Of a DNA stretch of 64,000 nt, positions 39,413 through 48,647 are shown in pieces. The stretch comes from Candidatus Bathyarchaeota archaeon. GTDB taxonomy: Archaea; Thermoproteota; Bathyarchaeia; Bathyarchaeales; Bathycorpusculaceae. Location: contig CAWHXY010000006.1 of NCBI GenBank assembly GCA_963833575.1, positions 160,001 through 224,000 of the forward strand. Direction: 5' to 3'. How positions within the stretch are numbered: the stretch's first letter is position 1; each line of letters starts with the position of its first letter. The notes beneath the pieces were generated by a model, which worked only from the letters and a program-made list of their open reading frames with translations, was not told the DNA's origin and searched no databases. The position numbers and the translations under genes are program-made.

Positions 39413-39676
39413 CTTTTATCGCTTAAACTACTTAGATGTTTGTTATATATTTATTAATGAAGCAAACTAAGAAGTTTTCATCTCCGCACGAATTCCATCG
39501 CTAAATTGGATATTTTCAAATTTAATAGATAACTACACAAATGTCTTCCATTAAGCATACAAAGACAAATTTCTTAGAAATATTATGAATGATTGTGCCA
39601 TATTTTTGTTGGCAACCTTGCACGGTGACAAAGCTTTTATGCTGTTTGAAACAAAACAATTACAGAGGTTTTTAAA

Positions 39677-40240
39677 ATGTCGTTGGAGTCAGGAAAAAAT
39701 TTGGGCGGTATTGGATCAATATTTTTGGTAATTCCGGTGCCATTTCTAAGCATTGTAGGCATAATACTTGTTCTGATAGGCATGAAAAATTTGTCACAGG
39801 CATATAATGACGAAAGTATCTGGAAGAACACAATTTACGCAGTAGTCTTTGGAATCATAGGAATAGTCGGTGCAGGGTTGGCGCTTTTCTCAGTGTTTTT
39901 CGGATCGATTATTTCTGGCGCAACTTTAGGAGCAGGAGGAGGCTTAGCAGGATTTTTTGTAGGACTTATAGTATTTCTCTTTGTTGCTTTCATATTCTAC
40001 ATACTTGAAGCCATCTATATTCGAAAAGCATTTGATTCCCTCGCAAACAAATCAGGAGTCGGGCTATTCAGAACTGGAGGATTGCTGCTGCTCATCGGTG
40101 CGGTTCTTACAATCGTCTTAGTTGGTTTATTCTTGATCTTCATTGCCTGGATACTGATACTTGTCGCATTCTTCCAAATACCAGTAAATCCAACTTCACC
40201 GCAGACCCAGATGCCTTCGCCACCACCAACAATGACCTAA
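39677..40240 (+). CDS. DUF996-family membrane protein
   Basis: K.LGGIGSI, IVG.ILVL, F.T.G.L..IGA.L.I.LVG..L..IA.IL..VAFF. Confidence 0.85.
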   Translation: MSLESGKNLGGIGSIFLVIPVPFLSIVGIILVLIGMKNLSQAYNDESIWKNTIYAVVFGIIGIVGAGLALFSVFFGSIISGATLGAGGGLAGFFVGLIVFLFVAFIFYILEAIYIRKAFDSLANKSGVGLFRTGGLLLLIGAVLTIVLVGLFLIFIAWILILVAFFQIPVNPTSPQTQMPSPPPTMT

Positions 40241-40485
40241 ACCCCTTTTTTCCTTTTTAAATAGCGGTAATGGCTATTTGTCATTAGAATTGGATAATGT
40301 TTGTTGAGGCTCTGGAAAAAATTTTTCTTTAAGAGAAAAGAATGCAATGAAATTAGCTATAACTACATTATTTGGTAAACGGATGTCATGCTTTTCAAAT
40401 GTGTCTTTCTCTGGTTAGTGCTTAACAAGAATGATTCAACACTGTTATATTTTGCGAGCTTACTAGAAAGTATAGGCGACAGTTT

Positions 40486-40929
40486 TTGAAAAAAGAATTG
40501 ACAAGTAGTATTGACGTAAATGGCTCGCCCGCCGAAATCTGGTCGGTGCTTACAGATTTTGCAAATTTTCCCATCTGGAATCCTTTTATGCGGTGGATAA
40601 AAGGTGACTTAAGGAAAGGGGCAAAACTTGAAGTGCGGATTCAACCTTCAGGGGCAAGAGGAACAACCTTCAAACCGACAATTCTCACTGTTGATCCGCC
40701 CAAGGAGTTGCGGTGGATCGGGCATCTTTGGACAAGTGGTCTCTTTGACGGAGAACATATCTTAAATATTGAACCCATCGGAAAAAATAAGGTTCGTTTC
40801 TACCAAAAAGAAATCTTTAATGGGCTTTTTGTCAGGGTTCTTGCAAAAAGTCTAGACAAGGATACCCTAAGGGGATTTAACGAAATGAATGAAGCCTTAA
40901 AAGAACAAGTTGAAAAGAGCCATAACTGA
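40486..40929 (+). CDS. SRPBCC/START-fold (polyketide cyclase-like) protein
   Basis: IW.VLTDF..FP.WNPF, ELRW.G, LFDGEH, F..MN.ALK. Confidence 0.88.
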   Translation: MKKELTSSIDVNGSPAEIWSVLTDFANFPIWNPFMRWIKGDLRKGAKLEVRIQPSGARGTTFKPTILTVDPPKELRWIGHLWTSGLFDGEHILNIEPIGKNKVRFYQKEIFNGLFVRVLAKSLDKDTLRGFNEMNEALKEQVEKSHN

Positions 40930-41080
40930 TAACTTTTTGACAGTAGTGAGCTTATGTTTTCATCGAGGAAAAGCAGAATATTTAGCCGGAAACAATGCGC
41001 TCAATTAGGTGACATAGTCAATTATTGTTAGTACAGTCGGCCTTTGAACTGGCTGTCTATTTTTTTTGTTTTCGACACAA

Positions 41081-41488
41081 TCAGCAGAATGTCAAAGTCG
41101 AATGTTCTCTGCGAAGTGATGAACTCGTCGAGATCATATGGGCTGTTTGTGTTGGGATTTTATTGTCGTTTGACATACTTTTAACGATAAAGTTTAGTGA
41201 GTTTTCGGTGAAGTTCAAGACATTTTTACCTTCGTTAGTGAGCGTGTACATTTTTCGTGGTCTTTCTGCATTCATGTTCCAAATGCTCTTTACGTAGCCT
41301 TTTTTCTCAAGTAATCCTAGCAGGGGGTAAACGGTACTGGGTCCGAAGTAGACACCGAAGCCTTTGCGGATTTTTGTGATAATCTGGTATCCGTGCATGG
41401 ATTCTTTGTCGAGATATTGAAGAACAATCAGGTCTAAGAGGCCTTTAGTGAGTTTTGTTTGAGTTTCTTTTTGGTAATTATTGTTCAT
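41081..41488 (-). CDS. PadR-family wHTH regulator
   Basis: KGLLDLIVL, MHGYQII, GPSTVYPLL..LE.KGY, RPRK.Y.LT..G. Confidence 0.93.
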   Translation of the reverse strand: MNNNYQKETQTKLTKGLLDLIVLQYLDKESMHGYQIITKIRKGFGVYFGPSTVYPLLGLLEKKGYVKSIWNMNAERPRKMYTLTNEGKNVLNFTENSLNFIVKSMSNDNKIPTQTAHMISTSSSLRREHSTLTFC

Positions 41489-41850
41489 TTTCTATATTTT
41501 TCCCCTGGTTTTGTTGTTGAAATGTGCAATGTTTTCTTCCAAGACACATTTCTTATGTCTTCATAGTACGTAAACTGACACATAAACCCTCGCACATAAC
41601 GCAAGCATATAAAAACTACACAGAACCCACTACTGTCGAACACAAAAACAGGTCAATACGTAAAATTTCTCCAAAAAAACAAAATATTTAGGTTAAGAGA
41701 AGCTGTACAACGAATCAACAGAAAAATGAGTTGGACACCAAGTTTACCAGAACCCTCACTATACAACCTCAGACGAAACCTCATAACTTGTTTCTTTACT
41801 GTATTCCAAAGCACTTAGTTTAGGCTTTATAATGAAGCAAGCTTAGTAAA

Positions 41851-42180
41851 GTGTGTGGGAAAACAGAATTGGAATATTTAATTCTCTTAATTTCAATTCT
41901 TCTAACATGCATAATCTTAAACCTGGTATTCAAACTTCAACTCTTCGAATCATCAAAACAAGCAGTGATTGTGCTTGTTTCTCTTTTTGTAATTGGAACA
42001 GTTTTAGACAGCTTCGCAGTTTTGAGAGGATATTGGAGCTACAATGAAAACGCAAACTTTTTTGTAGGGATAAAAATCGGTGTATTGCCGATTGAAGAAT
42101 ATCTCTTCATGATAGTTATTCCCTATCTAACACTAACCGTCTTTGGATTAATAAAAAAGACAAGCGCAGTTCATCAATAA
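41851..42180 (+). CDS. Lycopene cyclase domain (CrtYc/Yd-type) membrane protein
   Basis: EYL..L, D..A...GYWSY, GI.IG.LPIEEYLF..V.PY. Confidence 0.72.
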   Translation: MCGKTELEYLILLISILLTCIILNLVFKLQLFESSKQAVIVLVSLFVIGTVLDSFAVLRGYWSYNENANFFVGIKIGVLPIEEYLFMIVIPYLTLTVFGLIKKTSAVHQ

Positions 42181-42189
42181 AAAAACAGA

Positions 42190-44490
42190 TTAGAATACTG
42201 AAAGGCTTTTTTGTTTTTGTTCTCGAACTGACTTGCAGATAGAATCCGTTGTATATCCTTCAAAGTTGAGCAAATTTGCCGCTGCCGAGTAAAGAAGCAT
42301 GAGGTATTTTTCGGTGTCAGGCTTTACGCCTTTCTCAATTAGTTGAGCTGCTTTGACTCGTCGTTCATGCCGCTTATCTTTGGAATGCGTAAAAAGGAAT
42401 CTTACGCTGTTTCCCGCATGTACTTCCGCCCCCTCTTTGATCAGTTGCTCTGCTGCGATAACCTGGCTGACATGCTGACGGTATCGCTCCGGCTTTCTTG
42501 ACATACGCTTAGTAATAATTAGGTCCTCAACAGGCACTTCACCATCCAGTAGTTTCTGTCGATAAGTTCTCACAATCTCCAGAGCAAGAGGAATTTTCTT
42601 GCGCAACTCAGCAGTGTTGTTCGCCGTAGCCAATGTGTTAATCATTTCTGTTTGAGCATCAAACACAAATCGCGGTGTGTCTCTTCGTCTGATTTCTAAG
42701 CCGCGTACCTTGATTTTGCCATCTTCCATTACTCCATAGTAGCGGTTCAGCACACCTACGCGTGGATGAGTTTTCGAAGGTAAGAAAACGATCCATTTGT
42801 AGCGACCTTCAAAGTTAATGGGTATCCCTGATTGCGCAGTTATTATTTGGCATAGATTTTCATAGTCTTCTAGGCTGGCATCTGGTTTTTTGAGCCAAAG
42901 CGAATCGACAATGCCGTGAATAACTTCAAACCCTCGCTCCTCTGCGGTATGCGATGCCTTCAGCAGGGCTTCTCTGCCAAAAGCGCAGACCCCAATGTGG
43001 CCATCTACTGTTCCGAATTTGGCGTTTTTGTAACCTAAATAGCCAAAGCAAGTGACCAGGATCCATTTGAGAGCAGTTTGCCGGTTATCGTAAACTTCTC
43101 TGAGATGAGGATCAGAGGCTTCTTTTTTCATTCTCTTATAATGGAGACGTTTGTCTACCACGAATCTTAGAGTTTTAGGAACAATGCCAGTGCGTTTAGT
43201 GCATATATGATAGTTGAGTTCCGGGATGCGTATATATGAGTCTGGACAGCATTTGCAAAGAACAGTTTCTGCGGATATGTTGTTGTTTGCCATTATGCTG
43301 GGATACATGCTGCTGAAGTCTACTTCGCCGACATAATCATGAGCGCCCACAATGGGTTCATAGACGAATCCGCCGCGGTCGCCAACTAGGAGATCATATG
43401 CGGATTTGAAGGCTTCAGGGATGCTTTTGTTTCGTGGAATAAGCACGTCATCTTTTATGGCTTGATAGAATGGTAGCGAGGACATGCTTGAGCCTATGGA
43501 GTTTCTTGCTGCAGTGTGAAGTGGTACTCGGCATGTTCTTGTGATTTCAATCAATCCGTCGAACCCTGCTTCAGATAAAACAAAGGTGTTGCTCTGGTCG
43601 ATGTGGATTCTTCCGTAAAGCCTAATGGGTCCAGCTTTGTAGAAAGTTCGTCCATAGGAAAAAAATGTTTTACCTGAAGGCGTTTTTGAAGAAAATGGCG
43701 TACCATCTCTGCTCAAAGTAAATTTGTCAATAATGTTGTTTATCGTTGCTCGTTCTGTTAGGTAAGGAAAAAGGTGCGAGTCCCCGCCGGAAGTCACCAA
43801 GAAGTCTGGATCAAGTTCTCGGACCACTTTAACGAGTTGCTGTAGTTTCTCTAACTCGTCGCCGGAATCGATTGGTATTTCGTTTTGGTCTTGGCTTAAC
43901 CGAATTGTACCTATGGGATCTTTGAAGTTGGCAATTTTGTTTTTCTTAGCAATTTCAACCTTTAATTTCATTATTCGCAAGGGAGGAATAGCATAATCGG
44001 TGCTGGCTACCGAATCGAGCAGAGTGTATTGGAGACCTGTTTTTTCTACCTTAACTTCCAAAAGTGCCAAGGGAAAGATGTCGTGGCTGAAAAAGTAGTC
44101 GCGGTCTCCTCTCAAGTCGCAATTAGAAACCTGATAACGCAGGTAATCCCCCATCTTTAGGATGATGTTTGTTAGGCTCTGGATTCTTCTACAGTCTCTA
44201 AGTACAAGCTCCAGAACTTTGGTTTTCTCTGAATCTGTAGGCTGAGCATACTTGTAAGCAAAACTCCATTTTGCAATGTCTGAGTTGTTGTAGAGTTTGC
44301 CAATTAGGGGGTCAATATTTTCTTGTTTTGATGAAACATAGATTTTGGGTTGGAACTTATCAATTAAACGTATCCTTTGACCTGCTTCGCTTATAATCCA
44401 GACTGCGATTTCACCTTCGTTTGAAGGGTAAGCATCAAGTATCCAGCCCTTAATTTTGCAAGGACTACTGACTGAGAGCAAAGAAAACAC
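42190..44490 (-). CDS. polB2: Family B DNA polymerase, PolB2 type (degenerate exonuclease and motifs B/C)
   Basis: GWILDAY, DRGG, DFSSMYPSI, KWILVTCFGYLG, HGIVDSLW, NRYYG, KVRGLE.RRRD. Confidence 0.88.
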   Translation of the reverse strand: MFSLLSVSSPCKIKGWILDAYPSNEGEIAVWIISEAGQRIRLIDKFQPKIYVSSKQENIDPLIGKLYNNSDIAKWSFAYKYAQPTDSEKTKVLELVLRDCRRIQSLTNIILKMGDYLRYQVSNCDLRGDRDYFFSHDIFPLALLEVKVEKTGLQYTLLDSVASTDYAIPPLRIMKLKVEIAKKNKIANFKDPIGTIRLSQDQNEIPIDSGDELEKLQQLVKVVRELDPDFLVTSGGDSHLFPYLTERATINNIIDKFTLSRDGTPFSSKTPSGKTFFSYGRTFYKAGPIRLYGRIHIDQSNTFVLSEAGFDGLIEITRTCRVPLHTAARNSIGSSMSSLPFYQAIKDDVLIPRNKSIPEAFKSAYDLLVGDRGGFVYEPIVGAHDYVGEVDFSSMYPSIMANNNISAETVLCKCCPDSYIRIPELNYHICTKRTGIVPKTLRFVVDKRLHYKRMKKEASDPHLREVYDNRQTALKWILVTCFGYLGYKNAKFGTVDGHIGVCAFGREALLKASHTAEERGFEVIHGIVDSLWLKKPDASLEDYENLCQIITAQSGIPINFEGRYKWIVFLPSKTHPRVGVLNRYYGVMEDGKIKVRGLEIRRRDTPRFVFDAQTEMINTLATANNTAELRKKIPLALEIVRTYRQKLLDGEVPVEDLIITKRMSRKPERYRQHVSQVIAAEQLIKEGAEVHAGNSVRFLFTHSKDKRHERRVKAAQLIEKGVKPDTEKYLMLLYSAAANLLNFEGYTTDSICKSVREQKQKSLSVF

Positions 44491-44746
44491 CTGTAGGGAC
44501 TTCCGCTTATTCTGGAAATCCTTTAAAAGAAATTCGTCTAAACGACTCCTGAGCTCAGTGGAGAGTAAGGTGAAAATAAAAATACTTAAGCCTTAAAAAA
44601 TCTTACCGGACCTGCTTCTTACGTGTTAAATCTTATTTCTCAGCACATGAAAATAAAAATCACTTGAACTAAAAGTCTCTTTGCAAATCTGCAAAGTCCA
44701 CTTCACAAAAAACATTAAGTTATCAAGGCGAATATATTCCGTGTTG

Positions 44747-44929
44747 ATGGGTTTGCCAAAATCTCGTATGGTTAGAAGGCAGTCCTCAAACGGTGAGATT
44801 CACTTTATCATCCCAGACGATAAGTTTGATGCGACTAAGGAAACAATAGAAGACTTTGATGATCTTCAAATAAGAATAATTATGAAACAGGAAGCTTCCA
44901 AACCACTTTTGCTATTACGTACAGAGTGA
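44747..44929 (+). CDS. Small hypothetical protein
   Basis: 60-aa ORF MGLPKSRMVRR..., divergent from polB2. Confidence 0.4.
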   Translation: MGLPKSRMVRRQSSNGEIHFIIPDDKFDATKETIEDFDDLQIRIIMKQEASKPLLLLRTE

Positions 44930-45085
44930 AGGCGTCTCATCTGGAATTTTAACCGTTTGGTTACAAATGGCTATGCAAATATTTTTCTAAAATGTTGCTT
45001 TCCATGGTTTTTAACTCTTTTTTCGCAAATTTTATATCTACCTGCTTAGCTCTAACAACAAGAGGTAGTGTGGGGGAGAAATGAC

Positions 45086-46036
45086 ATGGTAGATATACTC
45101 TTAGTTTTCGCAATAATAGTACCATTAATAGTTTTAATATACGCGTTTTTTTCAACAATTCGAATTGTGAGACCAACTGAAAAAGGATTAGTTGAACGGT
45201 TGGGCAAATACCGCAGATTTGTTGAAGGAGGCGTCACATTCCTTTTCCCATTTATTGATCGCATCATAAAAGTCAACATCACCGAGCGCATGACGCCTGT
45301 ACAACGCCAAGATGTCATAACAAGAGATAAAGTGTTCATGGGCGTAGACGCCGTCGTATTCTACAGAATCAAACAAGACGAAATATCAGTGAAAGCTTCT
45401 CAGTACAACGTGGCAAACTTTTCAGCGCAAATAGACACTTTGGCACGAACAGTGCTAAGAGACATCATAGGCGGCATGGACATGAGCGTAGCTAACACAT
45501 CTAGACCCATAATTAACACCAGCCTCAAAACAGCCCTCGACGAACAGACAGAGAAATGGGGAATCGAAATCGTCAGAGCGGAAATCAAAGACCTAGAACC
45601 CCCAAAAGAACTAATCATATCCATGGAATCCGTGCTCAAAGCAGATAACGACAGACAAGCAGCTGAGAAAACTGCTATAGCTCAAGCAACCCTGGCAAGC
45701 GGACAAAAAAATGCTGCGATTCAAGTCGCCGAAGGACAAAAGCAAGCCGCGATCCTACAAGCAGAAGGCCAGAAAACAGCAACCATCGCCATAGCCGAAG
45801 GAGATGCACAAGCAACCAAACTAAGAAACGAAGCCTTAACAACCTACTTCAAAGACAGCGCCATCGTGTTTAAGCAACTGGATACAATCACATCCTCATT
45901 ACAAAACAACACAAAGATCATTGTCCCCGAAGGCAAAGCCATATCATTAATCCTAAACGAACAAGAAAACCTATCCAAAGCAACCATCATCCCAATAACA
46001 CAGCCAGCACAACAAAAAAGCAGCAAACAAATGTAG
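45086..46036 (+). CDS. SPFH/stomatin-family membrane protein
   Basis: TM; GLVERLGKY, PFID, QDVIT.D, LR.IIG, WGI...R.EI; AEG.K.A coiled-coil repeats. Confidence 0.93.
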   Translation: MVDILLVFAIIVPLIVLIYAFFSTIRIVRPTEKGLVERLGKYRRFVEGGVTFLFPFIDRIIKVNITERMTPVQRQDVITRDKVFMGVDAVVFYRIKQDEISVKASQYNVANFSAQIDTLARTVLRDIIGGMDMSVANTSRPIINTSLKTALDEQTEKWGIEIVRAEIKDLEPPKELIISMESVLKADNDRQAAEKTAIAQATLASGQKNAAIQVAEGQKQAAILQAEGQKTATIAIAEGDAQATKLRNEALTTYFKDSAIVFKQLDTITSSLQNNTKIIVPEGKAISLILNEQENLSKATIIPITQPAQQKSSKQM

Positions 46037-46183
46037 CGAACTGGCAAATAAGCTCTAATTAAGAGGCAGGCACCTTTTTGGCGCTAAATCATTTCTTTTG
46101 TGAACTCAAACTGTGATGGCGTTCTGCAGTCACAAATCTGTATTAGCTACTTTGACTTTTTTGAAGTAGAGTTTCTGATTATT

Positions 46184-47089
46184 ATGCAAGTTCAACCCCT
46201 TGAGAAGAATACAGATTATTTTAAAATGTCCGATGGATTCAACCTTTTTTACAGAAGATGGTCGACCACTGAACAAGCGGATCGAGTAGTTATTTTTCTT
46301 CACGGAATCGAAGTTCATTCCGGAGCATTTAGTTTTATGGGACCTGAGTTGGCAAATAGTAACTGTGAAGTATATGGTTTCGATCGACGAGGCTTTGGAA
46401 ATTCAAAAGAACAGGATTTCCCAAGAGGCGATGTCAAAAGTTTTGAACGGCATTTAGAAGACATTAATGAAGTCGTGGAAGCTGTACGCAAAAACCATCC
46501 TGGAAAGAAAGTGTTCATATTTGGCCATAGCATCGGATGCACCTATGCCCTTTGGTACGCCGTGCATTATCCTCAGCAAATTGATGGACTAATTCTTGCT
46601 TCGAATCCTCTGAAAACGGGTTTTAAAGTTCCAACCCAAGACACAGTCAAGCTTGTCTTCTCGCCGATAATTGAGCATCATTCAATGTATGATTTGATTG
46701 ATAAATGGCCGCAAGCCTTCAGGGAAGGGGAAGAGTACAAGTTGATCTCGGAAGATGAGCTTTGCACTAAAGTTTTCGGCTTAGGCTTTCTTTTTGAGCT
46801 CCAAACTAGATTAGCAAATAAAATGGGTCACTACGCGTCAAAAATTGATAAACCTACACTTTTGATCCACGGCGATGCTGACATTATTGCACTTCCCGAA
46901 AGCGCAAACAAACTCATGGAAAAACTTGCCTCAAACGACAAAGCCGTCCAGATGTTTCCAGGTGCAGATCACTGGCTCTACCAGAGCATTATTCCAAAGA
47001 TGAGTTCAAAATACACCTTAGAGCAGAGAAAACAAGTTTCCAATATAGTTAAGAATTGGCTTGAAAAGCAGGCAATGCCTGTGCTATGA
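46184..47089 (+). CDS. Alpha/beta hydrolase (lysophospholipase/monoglyceride lipase-like)
   Basis: HG, D.RGFG.S, GHSIG nucleophile elbow, HG.AD, H in GADH. Confidence 0.9.
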   Translation: MQVQPLEKNTDYFKMSDGFNLFYRRWSTTEQADRVVIFLHGIEVHSGAFSFMGPELANSNCEVYGFDRRGFGNSKEQDFPRGDVKSFERHLEDINEVVEAVRKNHPGKKVFIFGHSIGCTYALWYAVHYPQQIDGLILASNPLKTGFKVPTQDTVKLVFSPIIEHHSMYDLIDKWPQAFREGEEYKLISEDELCTKVFGLGFLFELQTRLANKMGHYASKIDKPTLLIHGDADIIALPESANKLMEKLASNDKAVQMFPGADHWLYQSIIPKMSSKYTLEQRKQVSNIVKNWLEKQAMPVL

Positions 47090-47181
47090 CACCTGGCGAA
47101 ACAGCTTCCGCTTAAAAAAATACAGAAAAATAAAAAAGGGTTAAAAACAAAATCTTATCAAAAACATTTTATTTTCTTTTT

Positions 47182-47307
47182 TTATAACCCATCTACTAGA
47201 TGGGCTGTTCCGTCTGGACAATAAACGCAGTTACCTTTCTCAACGACAAGGTAACGTCTATTGCACGTTTTCATTTGCGAGCATCCGTCGCAATCTCTTG
47301 ACAACAT
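47182..47307 (-). CDS. 41-aa Cys-rich microprotein
   Basis: Hand translation MLSRDCDGCSQMKTCNRRYLVVEKGNCVYCPDGTAHLVDGL*; GGAGG upstream. Confidence 0.65.
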   Translation of the reverse strand: MLSRDCDGCSQMKTCNRRYLVVEKGNCVYCPDGTAHLVDGL

Positions 47308-47537
47308 CCTTTTCTTATCCTCCTACATGTTATTGTAATTTTTTATCGGGCAAGCAGCGCATGTTTGCTGAACTGGCGACCTACCGATTCGCAATGTGCC
47401 TACGCACTGATAAAACTGGGTATAGATGAAGAAGTCGCTCTTAAAGGTTATCATGTTTCTGAAGATTACAATGCTAGCCTGTTAATCGTGGTTTTTGCGC
47501 AAGAGTCTTAAGTTTTGTTGCTGATTGGTGTTTTTGG

Positions 47538-47596
47538 ATGATGAGCACTAGAGTCACAGAGCTTATGCAGTGATAATGGCTCGACGGGCGAACTGA
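47538..47596 (+). ncRNA. Box C/D sRNA, predicted guide for 16S rRNA Cm1402
   Basis: Box C ATGATGA (47538), D' CAGA (47557), C' GTGATAA (47570), D CTGA (47593); D guide CGACGGGCG complementary to conserved 16S CGCCCGUCG. Confidence 0.78.
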
Positions 47597-47728
47597 CAAA
47601 ACAAAGCTTATGAACAATCATAAGCACAACAGAACTGAGAGGGTAACCTCAATGTTGCTACTGCGCGAGTAGCGATAGGTATTATTCGACGATTTACTAT
47701 TTTATAAAGTGAAGAAACGGGTTTTTAA

Positions 47729-47848
47729 ATGGTTAAGGATAACGATCCTGACTCTAACGAAAAAATTATAGATGAAGAAAAAGCCAAAGAACTTTGGCTA
47801 AAAGCAATCAAAAAGAAGAAAACCACAAAAAGAAAACGGCTTTCATAG
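47729..47848 (+). CDS. 39-aa microprotein with basic C-terminus
   Basis: MVKDNDPDSNEKIIDEEKAKELWLKAIKKKKTTKRKRLS*; TTTATAAA about 28 nt upstream. Confidence 0.4.
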   Translation: MVKDNDPDSNEKIIDEEKAKELWLKAIKKKKTTKRKRLS

Positions 47849-48033
47849 ATTTGATAAGTGAAGTGTTCAAGTCATACATTACCCAATAGACAATAATGGC
47901 TCTGCACACTTTTTGGTTTGATTTTTCGGGCGAACTGACACTTCCTATCGGAAAACTTATCAGTGAAGCAGACATGAAAAACTAAGCTAAACACTAACTA
48001 ACAGCGCGCAATGGGAATCGAGGTGAATATGAA

Positions 48034-48315
48034 ATGGTTGAAATGAAAGTCGATGCTTCAGAACTTAAAGGTGACGAAAGCAACTTAATCGAGAAGCTAG
48101 CAGATTTCCTCAAAGAGAAAACAGGCGGAGACGTTACAACAGACTCAAAAACCGTAACGGTAAAAGGTGAAGGCGAAGCCCTATCAAAGAAATACGTACG
48201 CATAATTATTAAAAAATTCCTGCACAAACACCAGTTGACAGAAACTTTCAAAGTTATCGGTCAAGAAGAAGCGTTAAAAGTTAAAGAAAGAAAACTCTAT
48301 GATGAAGAAGATTAA
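48034..48315 (+). CDS. rpl22e: Ribosomal protein eL22 (L22e)-like
   Basis: LADFLKEK, SKKYVR.IIKKFLHK..L...F.VI, acidic tail, all similar to eukaryotic eL22; GAGGTGA RBS. Confidence 0.75.
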   Translation: MVEMKVDASELKGDESNLIEKLADFLKEKTGGDVTTDSKTVTVKGEGEALSKKYVRIIIKKFLHKHQLTETFKVIGQEEALKVKERKLYDEED

Positions 48316-48451
48316 CAACTTTTCCCCAAAATTTAACTAATTTTTATTTTTCAAAAATCTATTTTGCTGTCCACTCTCTGGACACTCTGTTCCAAAGCTT
48401 AGCATTAAATCAAAAAACTCTAACTCTACGCTATACACAGGTGAGTTAAGG

Positions 48452-48625
48452 TTGAGCAGCAAAAACATAGCCATCAGCGCAGTCATCTTAGTTTCAATAA
48501 TAACCTTCATAACCCTGCTGGGGCAAACCTACATCGCTCTTCAAAGCGTAAACCCAATAGCAATTATTGCAGCCATAACGGTAGCCTTCATAGGAATTAT
48601 CTGGTTCAAGAAAACAACAAATTAA
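48452..48625 (+). CDS. 57-aa two-TM small membrane protein
   Basis: TTG start after GGTGAG; MSSKNIAISAVILVSIITFITLLG...FIGIIWFKKTTN*. Confidence 0.55.
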   Translation: MSSKNIAISAVILVSIITFITLLGQTYIALQSVNPIAIIAAITVAFIGIIWFKKTTN

Positions 48626-48647
48626 AAAAAAGAAAACAAAAAATGTT

